DNA of 64,000 bases from NCBI GenBank assembly GCA_963422395.1, contig OY729431.1, positions 32,001 through 96,000 on the forward strand. The letters are read 5' to 3'. Positions within the stretch are counted from its first letter, which is position 1. Each line of letters begins with the position of its first letter. Below, piece after piece: positions 61,308 to 64,000 of the stretch. Under the pieces are notes generated by a model, which did no database searches, was not told where the DNA came from, and saw only the letters and a list, made by a program, of their open reading frames with translations. A program made the translations under genes and the position numbers. This DNA is from Vicinamibacteria bacterium. GTDB lineage: Bacteria; Acidobacteriota; Vicinamibacteria; Marinacidobacterales; Marinacidobacteraceae.

Positions 61308-62059
61308 CCGGGGAGTTCCTTCGGTAAAGGCGGCCGAGCCGCCGGCGAGGGGGCCTGCCGGTCGAGGCCCCGGCTCAGATCGATGACCGGCCAGTCGTTG
61401 CGCCGGGCAGTGCTCTTGAGGCGGAGCTCGGGATTCGCGGCGGTCGGATGACCGACGACGCTGAGCATGGGGAGATCCGACATGCTGTCGGCATAGGCAT
61501 AACTGTCGTTCAGGGACAGCCCTTCGCGCTCGGCGTACTCCCGGATCCAGAGTGCCTTGCTCGCGCTGGCCAGCACCGGGGGAGACAGCCGCCCCGTCGC
61601 CCGCCCCTCGACGAATTCCAGCCGGTTCGCGGCGTACTCGGTGATCCCGAGTTCTTCGAGAAGGGGGCGGATGGACACCTCCAGGGCGCCGGTGACCACC
61701 ACTTGGCGCAGGCCGCTCCGCCGGGACTGCTCGATGAGCGCCCGGGTTCCCGGAAAGATCCCCGGACGGATCACCGTCCGATGCAGCTCGTCGGCGAGAA
61801 AGCGAAGCCGGTCGTACGACTGGCCACGGTACCACTTGAAGAAGAGGTCGTTGAACAGCTTCCGATTGTAGAAGTCCGTCGCCAGAAAGAGCGGAATCCC
61901 GGCCACGGTGGCCGCCATCGACTGGAAGCTGCGGAAGAGGCCCTGGTCGTTCCGGGCGTAATACCCCAGGACATGGACGAGATTCGTGCGGATCAGCGTT
62001 CCGTCGAGATCGTAGAACGCCGCCGCCTTTCGGCCGGCAGCGGGTTCATCCGGGGCCAT
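61304..62059 (-). CDS. HAD-IB (SerB-like) hydrolase, ElbB-like
   Basis: [11 protein letters not shown], conserved K and [12 protein letters not shown]...NP. Confidence 0.88.
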   Translation of the reverse strand: MAPDEPAAGRKAAAFYDLDGTLIRTNLVHVLGYYARNDQGLFRSFQSMAATVAGIPLFLATDFYNRKLFNDLFFKWYRGQSYDRLRFLADELHRTVIRPGIFPGTRALIEQSRRSGLRQVVVTGALEVSIRPLLEELGITEYAANRLEFVEGRATGRLSPPVLASASKALWIREYAEREGLSLNDSYAYADSMSDLPMLSVVGHPTAANPELRLKSTARRNDWPVIDLSRGLDRQAPSPAARPPLPKELPG

Positions 62060-62234
62060 CCGGTGATTATCCCCGCTGGACGGCGGGGACCGGGGTCCGG
62101 CGCGGCGGGGACGGCCTCCCCCGGCGATGCCGGGGTCCGGCGGCGCGCTTCCTGATCTACCATCCACGCCTCCCCGGCGGCCGAATCGGAGAGACCCTCC
62201 CGGACTCCAGGCGCCAGCAGCGAACCATCCCTCC

Positions 62235-63290
62235 GTGATCCAGCCACCGCTCCCCGCCGCCGCCGCGGTCCGCCGGGTCGCGATCACCTCGGTCGGGGCC
62301 GCACTCCCCGACCGGGTCCTCTCGAACGCCGACTTCGAACGGATGGTGGACACCTCGGACCGCTGGATCGTCGATCGCACCGGCATCCACGAGCGGCGGG
62401 TGGTGGAGAGCGGGACCGGCTGCTCCTTCCTCGCCGCGCGCGCCGCCCGGGACGCGCTTGCCCGGCGCGGCATCGAGGCGGACGACCTGGATCTGATCGT
62501 AGTGGCCACCGTGACCCCGGACATGAGCTTTCCGGCGACCGCGTGTCTGGTCCAGGACGAAATCGGTGCCCGGAACGCCTGGGGCTTCGACCTGTCGGCG
62601 GCCTGCAGCGGCTTCAACTTCGCGCTCGCCACCGCCACCCAGTTCGTCGCGAGCGGCGCCGCCGACAAGGTGATGGTGATCGGCGCCGATGTGATGAGTT
62701 CCATCACCGACTACGAGGACCGCACCACCTGCATTCTCTTCGGCGACGCCGCCGGTGCGGTGCTGCTCGAAGCCGCCGCCGGCGATGAGGGAATTCTCGG
62801 TTTTCGGAATCTGGTGGACGGCTCCGGGCGGGATCTGCTCAACATGCCCGCCGGGGGGAGTCTGCGGCCGCCGTCGCACGAGACGGTGGACCGACGGGAG
62901 CATTTCGTCAGACAGCAGGGGCAGGCGGTCTTCCGCTTCGCCGTGCGGAGCTCCACCGACGCGGCGGTGGATTTGCTGGCCGAGCTCGGAATTCCGCGTG
63001 AAGAGGTCGCCTTCCTGATCTGCCACCAGGCGAACGCCCGGATCATCGACGCGATCGCCAAACGGCTCCGGATGCCTCCCGAGCGGGTGGTGAAGACGAT
63101 CCACAAGTACGGCAACACCACCGCAGCCTCCATCCCCACCGCGCTGCGCGACGCTCTCGACCGCTCGCTCGTCGCGCCCGGCGATGTGCTGCTGTTCAGT
63201 TCCGTGGGAGCCGGGCTGACGGTGGGCACTGCCGTGGTCCGTTGGGGAGGGGAGCGGCTCGCCCGACCGGCGGAGGCCGACTCCGCCTGA
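62235..63290 (+). CDS. fabH: 3-oxoacyl-ACP synthase III
   Basis: DTSDRWI..RTGI.ERR, AACSGF (Cys), FGDAAGA, HQAN (His) and GNTTAAS (Asn). Confidence 0.93.
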   Translation: MIQPPLPAAAAVRRVAITSVGAALPDRVLSNADFERMVDTSDRWIVDRTGIHERRVVESGTGCSFLAARAARDALARRGIEADDLDLIVVATVTPDMSFPATACLVQDEIGARNAWGFDLSAACSGFNFALATATQFVASGAADKVMVIGADVMSSITDYEDRTTCILFGDAAGAVLLEAAAGDEGILGFRNLVDGSGRDLLNMPAGGSLRPPSHETVDRREHFVRQQGQAVFRFAVRSSTDAAVDLLAELGIPREEVAFLICHQANARIIDAIAKRLRMPPERVVKTIHKYGNTTAASIPTALRDALDRSLVAPGDVLLFSSVGAGLTVGTAVVRWGGERLARPAEADSA

Positions 63291-63343
63291 CGGCCCTGAC
63301 CGAAACGGTCCCGACCGGCGGGCCGCGGGGCGGCGACCCGACG

Positions 63344-64000
63344 ATGGGCGCTCCTTCCGAGCCAGCTGCCGGAAACCCGGCGGAACCGACGAACCGGCTG
63401 CATCTCGAAACCAGCCCCTACCTGCTCCAGCACCGCCACAATCCGGTCCACTGGCAGCCGTGGGGCGCGGCGGCTTTCCAGGAAGCCGGGCGGCGGGACT
63501 GTCCGGTGCTGCTCTCGATCGGTTACTCCAGCTGCCACTGGTGCCATGTGATGGCCCACGAGTCCTTCGAGGACCCCGCCATCGGCCGGTTGATGAACGA
63601 GTCCTTCGTCCCGGTCAAGGTGGACCGCGAGGAGCGGCCCGATGTCGACGAGATCTACATGGCCTTCGTGCAGGCGACCACCGGCGCCGGCGGCTGGCCG
63701 CTCACCGTGTTCGTGGCGCCCGACCGCACTCCGTTCCTGGGGGGCACCTACTTCCCGCCGGAAGACCGCTGGGGGCGGCCGGGGTTCCCGCGGCTGCTCG
63801 CTGCGGTGGCCTCGTTCTGGGGGGACCCGAGCCGGCGGAAGGAGCTCCTCGGAAACGGCGAGCGGCTGCTCGAACGGCTCCGGCTGGCGGCCCGGTTGCC
63901 GAGCCATCTCGCCGCGCGCCCTGAACGCATCACCGCAGAGCCGGTTCTCCGCGGCGTCCGCGCGCTGCTCCGCGGCAGCGACCCGGTGCACGGCGGGTTC
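63344..64000 (+). CDS. Thioredoxin-domain protein (DUF255 / YyaL-like), 3'-truncated by the window edge
   Basis: Translated by hand, since it is absent from the ORF track: [45 protein letters not shown] and GGWPL. Confidence 0.9.
   Translation, partial: MGAPSEPAAGNPAEPTNRLHLETSPYLLQHRHNPVHWQPWGAAAFQEAGRRDCPVLLSIGYSSCHWCHVMAHESFEDPAIGRLMNESFVPVKVDREERPDVDEIYMAFVQATTGAGGWPLTVFVAPDRTPFLGGTYFPPEDRWGRPGFPRLLAAVASFWGDPSRRKELLGNGERLLERLRLAARLPSHLAARPERITAEPVLRGVRALLRGSDPVHGGF

Overview
A 64 kb, high-GC bacterial chromosomal window. Gene content (Oar-type TonB receptor, many amidohydrolases and TPR proteins, scattered defence fragments) suggests Acidobacteriota, possibly host-associated; this is inference only. 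Housekeeping and metabolic genes are tmRNA (tag ANTELALAA), amt-glnK-glnA, fabH, a lytic transglycosylase, an aminotransferase and a CoxL/XDH-type subunit. These are interleaved with single defence or toxin cassettes and relics: Fic, MT-A70, AAA+DUF3226, HipA+HIRAN, and broken type IIG, type III and AAA genes. Most notable: (1) a complete myxobacterial-type ether-lipid operon (elbB-C-D-E-like) embedded among fabH, a DAG kinase and a CDP-alcohol phosphatidyltransferase; (2) a CxxC/RAPP ribosome-arrest leader peptide ahead of a His/Glu-rich ZnuD-like TonB receptor, divergent from a multicopper oxidase; (3) a CTAG-flanked 117-bp MITE (three related copies) carrying NrdR-box-like palindromes 32 bp apart; (4) a HemN-like radical SAM / flavin halogenase / acyl-ligase operon; (5) an uncharacterised exported operon with an Ig-repeat protein, a Tat phosphatase-like protein and a Tat zinc-ribbon peptide; (6) a P-II protein lacking Q39, R47, Y51 and K58. 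No CRISPR array, rRNA or tRNA was seen. All family assignments come from motif recognition by eye, not database searches.
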